DNA from: Lama guanicoe
Taxonomy: Eukaryota
Direction of reading: 5' to 3'
Length of the DNA: 64,000 nt
NCBI GenBank assembly: GCA_013239625.1
Contig: MU054391.1
Coordinates: forward strand, 9,519,095 to 9,583,094
A program made the position numbers and the translations under genes. Below, in pieces: positions 13,813 through 26,333 of this stretch. Numbering within the stretch: the first letter of the stretch is position 1; every line of letters begins with the position of its first letter. The notes beneath the pieces were generated by a model. It ran no database searches, was not told the origin of the DNA, and saw only the letters and a program-made list of their open reading frames with translations.

Positions 13813-15908
13813 CTGTGAAGGGAGACAGAGAAGAACGGATTCAGAACAGGATGGTTCAAGTCTCGGAAACAAGCTGGGCGTTTACACTCGGGTAAACCCA
13901 GCTGGATCTCGGCACAGCATACGGCCGGCTCATAACCCCTCACAGTATACGCAGCCTACTGGTGTGCCAAGTCCTGTACTGGGTGCGAAGGATGTGGAGA
14001 TGAAAACTTCTCTGCCCTGAACACTCACAGTCTAATATACGCTCATTTTCCTATCAAAAGAGTAACAAAAAAAAAAAGGAAAGAAATGAGAGCAACAAAA
14101 TCTACGTGCATTCTGTCATTCAAAAATACATTCAATGGACATTAAATATATGAGCTATTTTAAGCATTAAATATATAATAATCATCTGAATTCTCCAGTT
14201 GGCCTTTTTTTCAAGGCAGTAATATTTACAGGGTACTTACTAGGTACCAGGCACTGCTAAGGGCCCTACACATATCCTGCCCTGGAACAATCTCAGCAGC
14301 CCACGAGGCAGGCCCTGTTATTATGCCCATTTTACAGACGTGTATTTCTGGAACTCTATTGAATTTTGAAAATGCAATAGAGGAAAAAGGTTTACATGAG
14401 TTTTCTGAATAATTTAAGTTATAGGATTGAAACCAACTGCTGGATTCAGTATGCTCACACCTTTGTCATTTTATGCCTACTGAATTTTACTAACCTTCTA
14501 AAAGATAACTGTTATGGGTGCTGTCAACAGCAATTTCTTTTCCTTTGAAGAAGAGGTAGCTGACCTCCTGAAGTTCCCTTTCCTCCCACTACTGAAAGAG
14601 TTAATTCACTTTTATTGAATGTCTTTTGTGTGCTAAGTGCAATATACCTTAGATCAGAACAAAATCTTTAGTAGAACTGGGTACCGGGAAGGAGAGGGGA
14701 GTATGATTTGTCAGAATTTTACAAATGTAAAAATATCACATCATATTTTGATGATTAATGAAAATGTGCAATTTTTGAAAAAATAAGCTAAATTACATTC
14801 AAAGCACTAATTATTGAAACTTCTGTATTTGTGAGCTTCATCTAAACCTTGATTTAGGGAAGAAAAAAAGACAACTGAATCAAAAGATACAAAACATGGC
14901 AAATAATTATCTGTCACCATTTGAATAAGGAAAGTGCCTCTAAAAAACCGCCACCAAAACATGGTCAGCTCACAAGAGAATAAAGCTTTATTAATTTTCA
15001 CATTTGTTATTTCTTAAAAAAATGTGACGGTATTTTATTTCTCTCCCTATATTTAAAATCATGAGAGACCTCAGAGCATTAAGGTGAAAGCTGTATGAAG
15101 CTGGGTAATTAAATTGATAAAGGCTCCTTTGATTTCAGTTCAGCTGCTGAAAACAGACGCATTTAATCAGAAAGTTTCTCAAGAGCAGCAAAGTACAAAG
15201 AATGCTTAAAAGAAGAATAAATTAAACACAACTAAATCTTTTAGCCTAATTGCATTATTCACAGAAAGCACTTGATGCCTCATTATTTTCTTAGCTTAAC
15301 TTTCCCCTCTCTCCTAATCCTCTTGGAGGCACCCTTACAAAGGTACTGGCGAATTGACAGAAAGCTAGAATTTCTCAATTGTCGGTTTTATGCCATTATT
15401 TGCAGGTAAATAACTTCCTAAGATCCTTAACAGATGTCTAGCTTCTTCAGTATATGATTAACCTTGCCTTGCGTACTTCAAAAGAAGCTCCTGGGAACTG
15501 TTTTCCCGCTGCTACAGAGAAGGGAATGAGAAAACACAGCTCTGAGAAGCCACACTGAAGTCGCGTGACGGCCTGACAGTTACCTGTTCCCATGCCATTT
15601 CGGTCTGTCCCGGATTTCAGGTACTATCTGAGTGGGGGAGAGGGTCTACCTGGAGGTTAGCGAGCTTCTTGACATGTTACACACGATACCAGTGACGAGA
15701 CATTTGTGTGGTTCCCCACTTTCAAGACATTTCAAGACATGAGACTCAGAAGTCTACTTGCAATCTCTCACTTTTATCAAATACTTCATAGTTTATAAAA
15801 ATGCTTCTACATGCACGATGATGGTTTACTTCATAACAACCGTGAAACAAGCACTTTTACTGGCAAAATACTGCTTAGGTTTTCCTCAGTGACGATTTTG
15901 TCGCCTAC

Positions 15909-16111
15909 CTTAGTGCAGAGACGATTTTCATCACTGCGCTCTGTACTACATCCCTGGGCGAGATGTTGAGGGGGCCGACGGCCACCTCGAGCAGCTGCTG
16001 AATCATTCTCAGAGGCTGCCCGTCCAAACACATGGCCACAGCCTGATCATGAACTTTCTCTTTTTCTGACCGGGACAGATCATAGATGTAACTGTATTTC
16101 TGCAGTGTTTC
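15909..16111 (-). CDS. NBAS: NBAS coding exon, 203 nt (ETLQKYSYIYDLSRSEKEK...VMKIVSAL)
   Basis: Acceptor ...catatctttgcag|GAAACA, donor CTAAG|gtaggc; lies within ORF 15905..16132. Confidence 0.95.
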
Positions 16112-16904
16112 CTGCAAAGATATGGAATTCAATGTGTAAATATCAAATAGAAATTAAACGTTTCTACATGGACAGAGTGAAACACTCTCAGGAGACTCTC
16201 AAAGCAAACGGGCTACGACCACAAACACCACACCGAGCAACAGGTAGTGGTTGTTAAGAGCCTGGTCTCCAGGACCATCCGGACTTGAGTGAAAACCCTT
16301 GCTTTACGACTTTACTAGTTCGTAAGCCGCTGAGATCTCCAATTTCTAGTATCTGTAAAATAAGGATGAGGAAAACTGTGAATAGAGGGTGTTGTTCACA
16401 TTCAATAATATAAAAATCAGTCCTTTGGCACAAAGCCAGGCACAAGTAATGCTCGTTACATGCAAATTTCTCTAGCATTATTATTGTGTTCTAACCATGT
16501 TCAACAGTTATAATCTATTAAGCGTCAACTATGTAAACCCACATATTGTACATATGTTATCTAATTCAATGTTTATAATTATCCCACAAGGAGTTTTAAT
16601 TAGCCCCATTTTATCAAAAAAGAAATTGAAGGGTAAAGATGTTCAGGAGCGTGCCCAGAATCACACAGCCAGCCACTGATGGAGCCAGGATTAGAATCCA
16701 AAATTCTGCCTTCCCCACCACACCCTCCCGTCCCACACTGCCCGCCCCTCTTTGATAACAGCTGTAAAAACTAATGTGACAATAAATCATTTAAGAAACA
16801 GGACACAAGCTACCAGATATGACCACAAACCAAATACGATAATGTTAATAATGCTGTCCAGGTTTTGCAAGTAATTCTGAATATAACTGCTTTGTCTTTC
16901 AAAA

Positions 16905-17222
16905 CAACCATGTGAAAATCGAAACATTAACTGGACATCTGATGATATTAGAGGACTACTATCAACTTTCTAATTCGTAATGGTGGTAGTGATGTTTCAA
17001 TGTATCTTTGAGAACCAGATATGGAAGGATTTGTGGGTAAGATGAAAAGATGACTTGGTTTTTCTTTAAAATGATCCACAGGAGCATAGGAAGGGTAGGT
17101 AGGGGCAGGCATGAAATAAGACCAGCCACATTTTGATAATTGTTGAAGCTGGGAGTCGGGCACGTTGAGATTTCATGTTACTATTCTCATTGTGAAACTT
17201 TCTATTTAAAAAAAAAAAAAAG
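16905..17222 (+). mobile_element. Old L1 (L1MC/ME-like) 3' end remnant
   Basis: actggacatctgatgatatta...ttgataattgttgaagctggg...ttcatgttactattctc followed by poly-A. Confidence 0.6.
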
Positions 17223-18956
17223 CCCATGGGTTAGGCAGGGCAATTATTAATATATTTACCGAGACAAGAGGGAACTGAGGCTCCAATGGACAAAGTCCTT
17301 TAACTGAAATTGGACAAACCTCAAGTATGTAAGATGCTTTTTCATTGGTTATATAATTAAAGAGGTTAAAATCAAGGCCTGAGCTTAAAAGAGACAAATA
17401 CATAAGGTTAAGGTTATTTCCAGCATTTGCTATGATAGTCACCTTAACAAAATCAAATAAGGTCCAGTTTAGGAACCAGAAGAGTCTCCTATTATAGACC
17501 ATCCATGGTCTAACTGAACATTCGCAAGGAGCCAGCTGGTACCCTTAAATCACAGCCTAGTTGAAGCAAGCAGCTTTTTTGTTACTAACCCCCTGGCCTC
17601 GCATACGCTACTCTATCCACTGAAAGACCGTACTTATTCCAAGAAGGGTAATGACAATTCTCCGGATCTGAATACAGAATATGCGATTAGAAAAAATATA
17701 TACTAGTAGGTATAAATCACTTTTACTTTAAGAGTCAGATTTTAGCCTAGTTCTTGTAACTATTGTGAATCCCAGCAGGATACAATCAAGACCGGTAAAG
17801 CGCACATGCTCCCCGCAAAGGCGTCTACGCCGCTCACGTCATTATATGATGTCACTCGTTAGACAGGCTAACGGGCACTGAATACAAAATGAAATAAAAC
17901 TTATCGAGCTTCTGAATTCTCCCCAGTATCTTTTCCACGCATTTATGCGTCTCACACATATTTTGAAATCTTCCCTTTGTTCGTTATCTGGACTCCTCTC
18001 CACTGACTGATCTTTCTACTCAGGAAAAAAAAATTTTTTTTTTTACAAGCCAAGAATACAATACGATAAACAAGTAAGGTTTAGGAAAAATAAAAGAGGA
18101 GGTTAGTGGCCACTTATAGGTTCATTTACCATCGCATTAAAGGGCAAGTGGAATATTTCTTATGTACCTAAACACTGTTTTCACCTAGGTGAAAACTATT
18201 TACTTATTTGTCAACTTTTCAGTCACGGAAAATCGTGTTAGAGTTCCCACAATGGTGATAAGACAGCAGAGAAGCTCCGGAGGCCACAGGGGTCCCCTCG
18301 CGTGGTCCCAGCTCCCTGGTCCCCAGCCTCGTCACGGCAGGGGCTCCTCATTCCCACCAGGGTGCTTTCTGAGATGCCACGAAGGTCTCAAGTAGAAATC
18401 ACCTACGAACAATCTTATTAGCCAAAACAAGTTACGTCAATAATAAAGGTATATTGGAAAATGCAACATAAAAACAGGATGAATACATGTAATTGGGGGG
18501 AAAAAACCGTTGAAGCATATGGATGGCTATTTCTGAATTTTTCTGAAAATGAGAGGGGAAAAAATCTATCGTTATTCAACTGGAGAGCAGAACACCTTCC
18601 AGCTGGAAGTGGAGCCTGAAAACCAGAGGCTTGATCATTTCTCAGCTTCTCGGCCCCAGCTCCATCCTGGCTTCAACTCAGGCCCCTCCTCTCCCACCCC
18701 TCCCACCTCCTCACCTCCTTCCTCCACAGGTTATCGACTGTCTTAAATGACCTACAATTCCTTCTAAAGCAGTAAAATCCCAAATGACAATCAAGAAATA
18801 ATGAAGAGGTTAAAGGACAAAGGTTTGAGGATGATTTTCAAAAATATCTGCAAGACTGAAAACCCTGTCAAAACCGCAAACACAGCCTTAAAGGGTAAAT
18901 GAAAGCACACACTGTATCACCCAAGAAAGTGAGCAGAGGAAGTTCTCACGCAGTAC

Positions 18957-19175
18957 CTGCTCGCTAGTCCTCAGAGAAACGATGAAGCTGTGGTTGAGGG
19001 TTTCCAGGTGAGCCAGTGATTTCTCCAGATGATCCAAGGCATCCGTGTAGGTCGTTTTTGAATCGATAGCTTCTTGAACATCTTCTTCTGAACTTCTTTT
19101 CCTTGGTTTCTCAATAAAATGTTTGACTGCCTTAATAGCCTTTCCAGTCATTTCTTTACGTGCTTCCACAGAGAA
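18957..19175 (-). CDS. NBAS: NBAS coding exon, 219 nt (FSVEARKEMTGKAIKAVKHF...FIVSLRTSEQ)
   Basis: Acceptor poly-T ggctaaag|TTCTCT, donor CAG|gtactg; lies within ORF 18888..19229. Confidence 0.95.
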
Positions 19176-19755
19176 CTTTAGCCAAAAAAAAAAAAAAAAA
19201 GGCAACTGAACAAGAGTGACACAAATCACCCTACATTATTAGCTCTGGCATATTTAATAAGGTATTAGTGTGACAAAGAGAACAAATGTGAAATTTTAAT
19301 ACTTACAACTTCCTTACAACTTCATTGAATAGGACTTTTGCTACACTACTTTTTTCTTACGTGAATAAAACAAAAACAGTGAGGTATCACTTGTACTATT
19401 AAATTAGTAAATACAGATTTTTAAAAATGCTAATAACCTCCTTTCTGTGATTGAGAAATACAAGATCCTAGAACTCATGCTTACTTAGTTCAGGCAGACC
19501 TCCCTGCATTCCCCCATTATGTGGATGGCAAGACTGAGCCCCAGCGAGGTTAGGTGACAGTCTGGTTTCATGATGAGAGTGAGGAGAGTGAAAGTCAGAG
19601 ATCAGACTCCTTGGTCACCAAGCCAAGTGCTCCCTTCCACTGCGCATCACACAGCCCCCACTCTGTCATGTCTGCTCACCACAGGCTCCCACAGAGGATG
19701 ACGGAGTGCACGCTGGCTGAGCGCTGAACAAAAAGCAAGGGCAAAAGAATCTAGG

Positions 19756-20185
19756 GTATTCCACTGTGTAAACACACTACAGCTTCTCTGACCTGGAGAT
19801 CGTCAGTCTGAGCACAGTACGCCAGAAAGAGAAAGACAAATACCATTTGATATCACTCATACGTGGAATCTATAAAAATGACACAAAAAAGGAAACAGAT
19901 TCACAGATATAGAAAACAAACTTATGGTTACCGGGGCAGGGGGAGCGGGAGGGGAGAAGGGGATGGGAAGGGATAAATTGGGAATTTGAGTTGCAGATAC
20001 TATGTATAAAATAGATAAACAAGTTTCTTCTGTATAGCACAGAAAACAATATTCAATATCTTATAGTAACCTATAATGAAAAAGAATATGAAAAGAAACA
20101 TATGTATGACTGAAACATTATGTTGTACACCAGAAATTAATACAACATTGTAGACTATACTTCAATTTAAAAAAAAATGGGAAAA
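19756..20185 (+). mobile_element. 5'-inverted truncated L1 with 13-bp target-site duplication
   Basis: aaaagaatctagg at 19743-19755 and 20186-20198; body homologous to the other L1 3' UTRs in the window; first 33 bp are L1 sequence in reverse orientation. Confidence 0.88.
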
Positions 20186-21159
20186 AAAAGAATCTAGGTT
20201 AGTGAATCCTTCCTATTCACTTACACTTGTTTTTCAAAGAAATATGAGTTTGGGAAATTATTTGGCTGTACCACCTAGCCAAATGTTTATACTCGCCTAG
20301 CCAACTGAGGGGCATGGAAGGGTTTCAGCAACAGACTGCCAAGCATGCAGAAACAGGGCAGGCGACTCTCACGTGCAGGAAGCGGGGTCCTGGGAGAAAC
20401 GGTGGGTCTCTCCGTCCTTAGACAGGTCCAGGTTTACCTTGCCATGGCCAACCAGCCCTGGAACGGCTGGTAAGTAGGAAGAGCACGAAACTCAGAAAAC
20501 CTGTGTTTAACCCTTACTGCCTGGATGACTACGCAACTCGACAACATGCATCAAGCCTTACTTTCTTCATCTGTAAAGTGAAAAATGTCGTCTACACAGT
20601 GTCATTTTAAGAAATTAAATGAGGCAGTAAGCAAACTATCAGCAGAATGCTTCACCCACAGTAAGTCTCAAAAAATGGAAGCTGAGTTTCAATTTGACCA
20701 ACTGCTCTAATACACAGGCCACCTCCCACCTGTTAGCTTTTCATCTTCCTAATACATTTATCACGTAATTCCCTTGCAGGAAAATCCTTCTATAAACTCC
20801 CCAAATTCCTTAGCATGGCACTCAAGGCCTTTCACGAGTTGGCCCCATGTAACCGTCTAGCCTCACAGTGTCATTGTAACCCACACCCTAAGCGCCCAGT
20901 GCCCAGACTTCTCATCATTCCCTGGTGTTGTGACGTATCTTCTTGTCTCAGTGAAATGCCCTTCCCCCTCTTCTTTGCAAGGCCAATTCCTAGTCGTGTT
21001 TCAATACGGAATCAGGCAGAAGTTCTCCTGGACATCTGTTCCTCCAGCTTCTACAGACAGTCTGTTGGCAAGTCCCCTGCTCCAGCAACTCACCAGCGCA
21101 CAGTCCACCTGCTTACACACCAGGAGACTGCTCAGCATTACAGAGTCCAGGCCTCCCTG

Positions 21160-21360
21160 ACAGAGCAGGGGGTTAAGGGCCAGAGAGAAAGCGTTGGGCT
21201 TTGCAGGCCACTGTGATCTCTGTTACATACTCTTTTGGTTGGTTGGCTGGTTGGTTCTTACAATCCTTTAAGGAGATGCAAAGGCCGGTCTTAGCTCAGG
21301 GCTGTGTAAGAACAGGAAATGGGCTGAATGTGACCTGTAGGCCAGTTTACTGACCTCCCC
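21160..21360. mobile_element. MER58-like hAT-Charlie element
   Basis: taagggccagagag...ggctttgcaggcca...ggccagtttactgacc; similar element at 58843-59060. Confidence 0.6.
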
Positions 21361-23029
21361 CGCCTCGATTAGTAATATTAAAATGGTACAACTGGAAAGA
21401 TGAACTGAGAATAAATTGTAAGGAGCCTTGAGTGCCGGGTTAGTTATGGGAGCTGACCTGCAGGAATTCAGGAGCCGCTGAAGGAAACTTGGATCCTGAG
21501 GATAATTACATGGAAATGTTTTATTCGGGTCCCATTTAAAAACACACAGTAGGAGAATCTTTTTTTTTTTAATCGCTATCTAAGAAAAAAAGCCATTCTG
21601 TCTGAAGCATGCCTTTGCTGTCCTCCCAGATCAGCTCAGGGTTCTCTCCTCTGAGACGTTGTCCCTAACACCATCTGCGGCCCAGGTTAAAAACCACTGC
21701 TGTGCATTCCTACAGCTTACCTGTATCCAAGAACGCATCACACTGTGTTAGAATGGTCAGTTCCTTGTACCTTTCCCTGACTAAACAATGTCATCCTTCA
21801 GGGTAGAAACTGTGCTTTTTAAATCTCTGTATTCCTAGCACTGATGCAATGTCTAGCACATTGTAGACCAAAAGAAAATAGCTGTTAAATTACAAAACGA
21901 CTCTGATCAACATACAGGGGGAAAAAAAGCTTTAAAAGCACAATGAAATAACATGTTCTCAACAAGTCCCTAGAAACTTGTGGTCCAGAATATGCCAAAA
22001 GGCTCCAATTCATCAATGACCGCAGTATCCTGTTTCTGTAAGAGGCCAGTCTGCGGCAGTTAGAAGCCACGCAGGCAGAGGCTCAAGGACATTAAACCAG
22101 CGATGACTTTCGGTGTATTCATTCGACGTGCATCCAGTGGTCACGCTGTACCTCTGCCTCGGGCTGGGTGCTGGCGACACAGACAAAATTAGATGAGGTC
22201 CCTGCCCCTGGGTATGTCAGAGTCTAGGTGGAAAGACATTACAAAGAAGCACGATCATTATACACGTGCAGGAGGGTGAACAGCACCGCAGTGGAGGGCC
22301 CGGGAGGGGGTGCTCTGTCCCCACGGGAGGTGGGGGGGCGCTGGGAGGCAGGCTGGGTTTGCTGGGGGTGGCTAGTCCTAAGGCCTGTCAGAGCCGAGGA
22401 GGACGAAGCAGTGGTGCTAACTGCAGGGCCCCTGTGCCAGGCTGACAGGATGGCGCTTATGCAGAAGAGTGATGCCATCAGGGCCACCGTTTTCAGGTAA
22501 TGGCTTGTTTCAAAATCCACCAAGACAACCTTCCTTGTGTGCAGGTACCTTCAGGCTGATAAATCTTGCAAAGCAGGTGCTTCTTTTTTTCCTTTTAAAA
22601 ATGAACACAGCATGACCTTGAAGATAAGGCCGTTCAGGAAATGGCAGGCGACTTAAGAAAACCCAGCTGCTACCTACAGAGTCAGGTGAAAAAGTCAGGG
22701 TTTGCATTCGGTTTACATTACTAAGCAACTCCATAAAATAATGGGAAAATCAAGGGCAAAATTATTAAGAGGTGCAATTTAAATATAATTTGGGGGGGTA
22801 ATGAATACTCATTTTTCAAAAATTAACACATCTTTGTTGTTCTGATCAAATACATACTGCAATAATTGAAAAATAACACAAGAATAATTTTTAAAAAAAT
22901 CTTAGAGCCCTATGATCACAAGAAACACTTTAATGTTAATTTCTATTTATATAACTATTTTTGATGCGGATAAACAAGACTTTAAGCATAAAAACAACTT
23001 GCATTACGATGAAAATTATATAAAAGCAA

Positions 23030-23682
23030 ACTACAAAAGCTCTCGCACAAAATGCCTCCATCTAAACTCCTTTACTAAGAAACTGGACCAAACAGCACTT
23101 GAGGCATGACTTCTGGCGGCTTAAGGCCTTGTCTCTAGGATGACGGAGTCTCTCTTAAAACGCCTGCCTGACAAAGCTCAATGCTGCCAGCAGAATTTAG
23201 TCTGTTCCAGTCAAAACCCTCTGACTCCTCTCTTGGAGCAGTTACCTTAGAAAATGTGTAATTCTAAATCCTTTCTCTGCCACTTTGGAGATATAAATGG
23301 TGTACCACCCAGAAATGACTCATCAAGGACCTGGAAGCCATCTCTTCGAAATGCAAGCATTCAAGGAGGTGGCCCTTGCTGACTTCAGTGGGTGCCCTTG
23401 CTCCAATCTGCACACCTGTCCCCTGTCACAGAGATATGAGAAGTTTGCTTCTCTTCCAGGTAAGTGTCAGTGGGCAAACCTAGATTGCCCAGTCACGTGG
23501 ACCGGTCCTGCCCCTCATCCCCTGCAGTCCCTCAGCGCATCCCAGCACTTCAAGTCATTCGCCTTTTCTTTCTGTGAAGTTGGACGCAGTTTATGTGAAC
23601 TCTCTTCTCCACGGCAGTGCTTATCACTCAATAAAACCGCCTTTACCCCCTTAACTAGTGTCTAGCTTTATTTCTCTCTGAT
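23030..23682 (+). mobile_element. ERV1-class solo LTR (MER34-like); 5' boundary approximate
   Basis: caaggacctggaagccatctcttcgaaatg, gatatgagaagttt, and AATAAA near 23630 ahead of a U5-like end. Confidence 0.7.
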
Positions 23683-23927
23683 GAAAGAAGCGGAGTACAA
23701 GTGGCCTGAGAAAAAGGAAAGATTCAACTTTTACTGCTGAAGATGGGCTTGATCTCATACTTTTTAAAGGGTCAGTGGTAGAGACCAAATCACTATGTTA
23801 CCACAGATTACCCTGGACATAAATAGAGCCACATAACAGGTTTACTTTAAATGTCAATATTTAAAATATTGAGAATTAGATCATCCTTTGTGACCGATTA
23901 AAATGATAGAAGATTTTAGATATCAAG

Positions 23928-24273
23928 TGCTATGGTTTGAAGGTTTGTGTCCCTCAAAATTCACATGTTGAAATCCCAGCCCCCACAGGTGATGGGATTA
24001 GGAGGTGGGGCCTGTGGGAGATGGGGAGTGGGGCCCTCATGAATGAAATCAGTGCCTCATACAAGAGGCTCCAGAAAGCCCCCAGCCCCTTTCAACATGT
24101 GAGGACATGGTGAGAAGGCACCTACGATGAACCAAGAAAAGGGCTTTCAACTCAACCACGTTGGCTCCTTTGCCTTGGACGCCCAGTTGCCAGGCCTGTA
24201 AACAATAGATTTCCGCTGTTTATAAGCTGCCCAGGCTGTGGCGTTCTGTTACAGAGCTGGAATGGACTAAGGC
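23928..24273 (+). mobile_element. MLT1A-like MaLR solo LTR
   Basis: Begins tgctatggtttgaaggtttgtgtccctcaaaattcacatgttgaaatc and ends gaatggactaaggca (TG...CA termini). Confidence 0.85.
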
Positions 24274-24981
24274 AGCGAGCGTGTGAGAGGATAACCAGCT
24301 ACTTTAAATTCTCTTAGGCACATGAGTAGAAAGTTAAGTCTGCTGCTCGGGGGCACTGTTCCCCTGCAGTGTGATTTTTAGCCTACCTGTACTGGAATCA
24401 ACGGAGCTACTTCAAAAATGTGAATTCCTCAGCCTCGTTATACTCACTGGCTCTCCGTGAGGCTGGGGAAGGCATGGGCACCGGTGGAGAGAAACCTGTT
24501 ATTTTGCACAGGCTTCTCCTGGTTAATTCCAACTGGCTGGTGGTGGACGTGGGATTTGGCTGGAGGCGGCTCCCAGGACTGGGAGCTGAGGGGCAGTAAG
24601 GAGGTCACTGCAGGGGTCCAGCCAGGTTTGGGGGAGGGGTGAAAGCAGAAGGCAGTTCTGGGTTTAAATCTTAAACACAAAAGAACGAAAAGACATGGCT
24701 CTGTTGCCCTGTGCTGCCTGCCCGAGCACACACCCCAACGCTGCCTGCAGCCAGGTGCCTGAGTGGACCCAGCTGCTTCCGAAAATTTTTGCCCAAGACC
24801 CATAGTAAGAAACACATTGTGTATCAAAACTTAGTACCACAATATATGTGTTTACACATATGCACATATTAAAAGCCAACAAAAGTTTCATGAAACAATA
24901 TAACCCCTATTGCGGGGAGGTACAATCTGGTATTTTCTCATATTAATAATCTACAGTCTCATGAACTTTTCTGTTTGTTCA

Positions 24982-25072
24982 TTTTTTTTTTTAAATGGAG
25001 GTACTGGGGATTGAACCGAGGACTTCATGCATGCTAAGCACACACTCTACCAGTGAACTATACCCTCCCCCC
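24982..25072 (-). mobile_element. tRNA-Ala-derived camelid SINE (vic-1-like)
   Basis: Reverse complement GGGGGAGGGTATAGTTCACTGGTAGAGTGTGTGCTTAGCATGCATGAAGTCCTCGGTTCAATCCCCAGTACCTCCA plus A-tail; A and B boxes visible. Confidence 0.85.
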
Positions 25073-25089
25073 TGCGTTTGCTCAAGAGA

Positions 25090-25269
25090 TATATATATAA
25101 AATTGAAGTAGTCAGTTTACAACGTTATGCCAATTTCTGGTATAAAGCATAATGTTTCAGTCACAGGTGTACATACATACATTGGTTTTCATATTATTTT
25201 CATTACAGGTTACTATGAGATATTGAACACAGTTCCTTGTGCTCTACAGTAGAAACGTTGTTTACCTAT
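25090..25269 (-). mobile_element. L1 extreme 3' end fragment (second copy at about 26351-26530)
   Basis: Reverse complement aligns with the 3' end of the L1 at about 20010-20170. Confidence 0.8.
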
Positions 25270-26242
25270 GTTTGTTCGGTTTTAATGTTGATCACAACAC
25301 TCTAATTACAGGATCCACTAACGGACTGTAACTCAAAGAGTTTGTGGAACAGCTGCAAATCTGCCCCAGTGATGACAGGATGACTTGGAGGGGCAGCAAA
25401 AGTTGAGGCTACCAATGAAGTATCAAATTATCTAAGTCAGATTGAATTGACTTCATTAAAAGCGAACTCACTTCATGTTTTCCTGATAGCGTGACGTTAC
25501 CCTCTCTCTACGCTAACGCTGAGTGTGCAGATATGTTCTGTTTCTGTGTCTACTTCCCTCACTAGATTATGAGACCCAAAGAGCAGGACCCATCTCTTCT
25601 TCATTCTTCAAACTCAGTGCTTAGTCTAATATTTTAAGCACTGCACCTGTACTGGAATCAACGGAGCTACTTCAAAAATGTGAATTCCTCAGCCTCGTTA
25701 TACTCACTGGCTCTCCGTGAGGCTGGGGAAGGCATGGGCACCGGTGGAGAGAAACCTGTTATTTTGCACAGGCTTCTCCTGGTTAATTCCAACTGGCTGG
25801 TGGTGGACGTGGGATTTGGCTGGAGGCGGCTCCCAGGACTGGGAGCTGAGGGGCAGTAAGGAGGTCACTGCAGGGGTCCAGCCAGGTTTGGGGGAGGGGT
25901 GAAAGCAGAAGGCAGTTCTGGGTTTAAATCTTAAACACAAAAGAACGAAAAGACATGGCTCTGTTGCCCTGTGCTGCCTGCCCGAGCACACACCCCCCGC
26001 GCTGCCTGCAGCCAGGTGCCTGAGTGGACCCAGCTGCTTCCGAAAATTTTTGCCCAAGACCCATAGTAAGAAACACATTGTGTATCAAAACTTAGTACCA
26101 CAATATATGTGTTTACACGTATGCACATATTAAAAGCCAACAAAAGTTTCATGAAACAATATAACCCCTATTGCGGGGAGGTACAATCTGGTATTTTCTC
26201 ATATTAATAATCTACAGTCTCATGAACTTTTCTGTTTGTTCA

Positions 26243-26333
26243 TTTTTTTTTTTAAATGGAGGTACTGGGGATTGAACCGAGGACTTCATGCATGCTAAGC
26301 ACACACTCTACCAGTGAACTATACCCTCCCCCC
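26243..26333 (-). mobile_element. tRNA-Ala-derived camelid SINE, duplicated copy
   Basis: Identical to 24982-25072 as part of the tandem duplication. Confidence 0.85.

Larger units (their letters stand above)
24770..25356. mobile_element. Charlie4-like hAT remnant interrupted by an L1 tail and a SINE (second copy at about 26031-26617)
   Basis: gacccatagtaagaaacacatt...aacaaaagtttcatgaaacaat on the left and ccactaacggactgtaactc...agtttgtggaacagctg on the right. Confidence 0.6.

Noticed and set aside
24997..25072. Functional tRNA-Ala genes (also 26258-26333 and 42132-42209)
   Set aside because: Stems and boxes are degenerate, A-rich tails follow, and flanking duplications are present, all indicating SINEs.
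24444..26152. Paired ORFs of 127/124, 61/61 and 75/73 aa as a duplicated small gene
   Set aside because: They recur only because of the DNA duplication, partly overlap a decayed transposon, differ by a frameshifting indel and resemble no protein I recognise.
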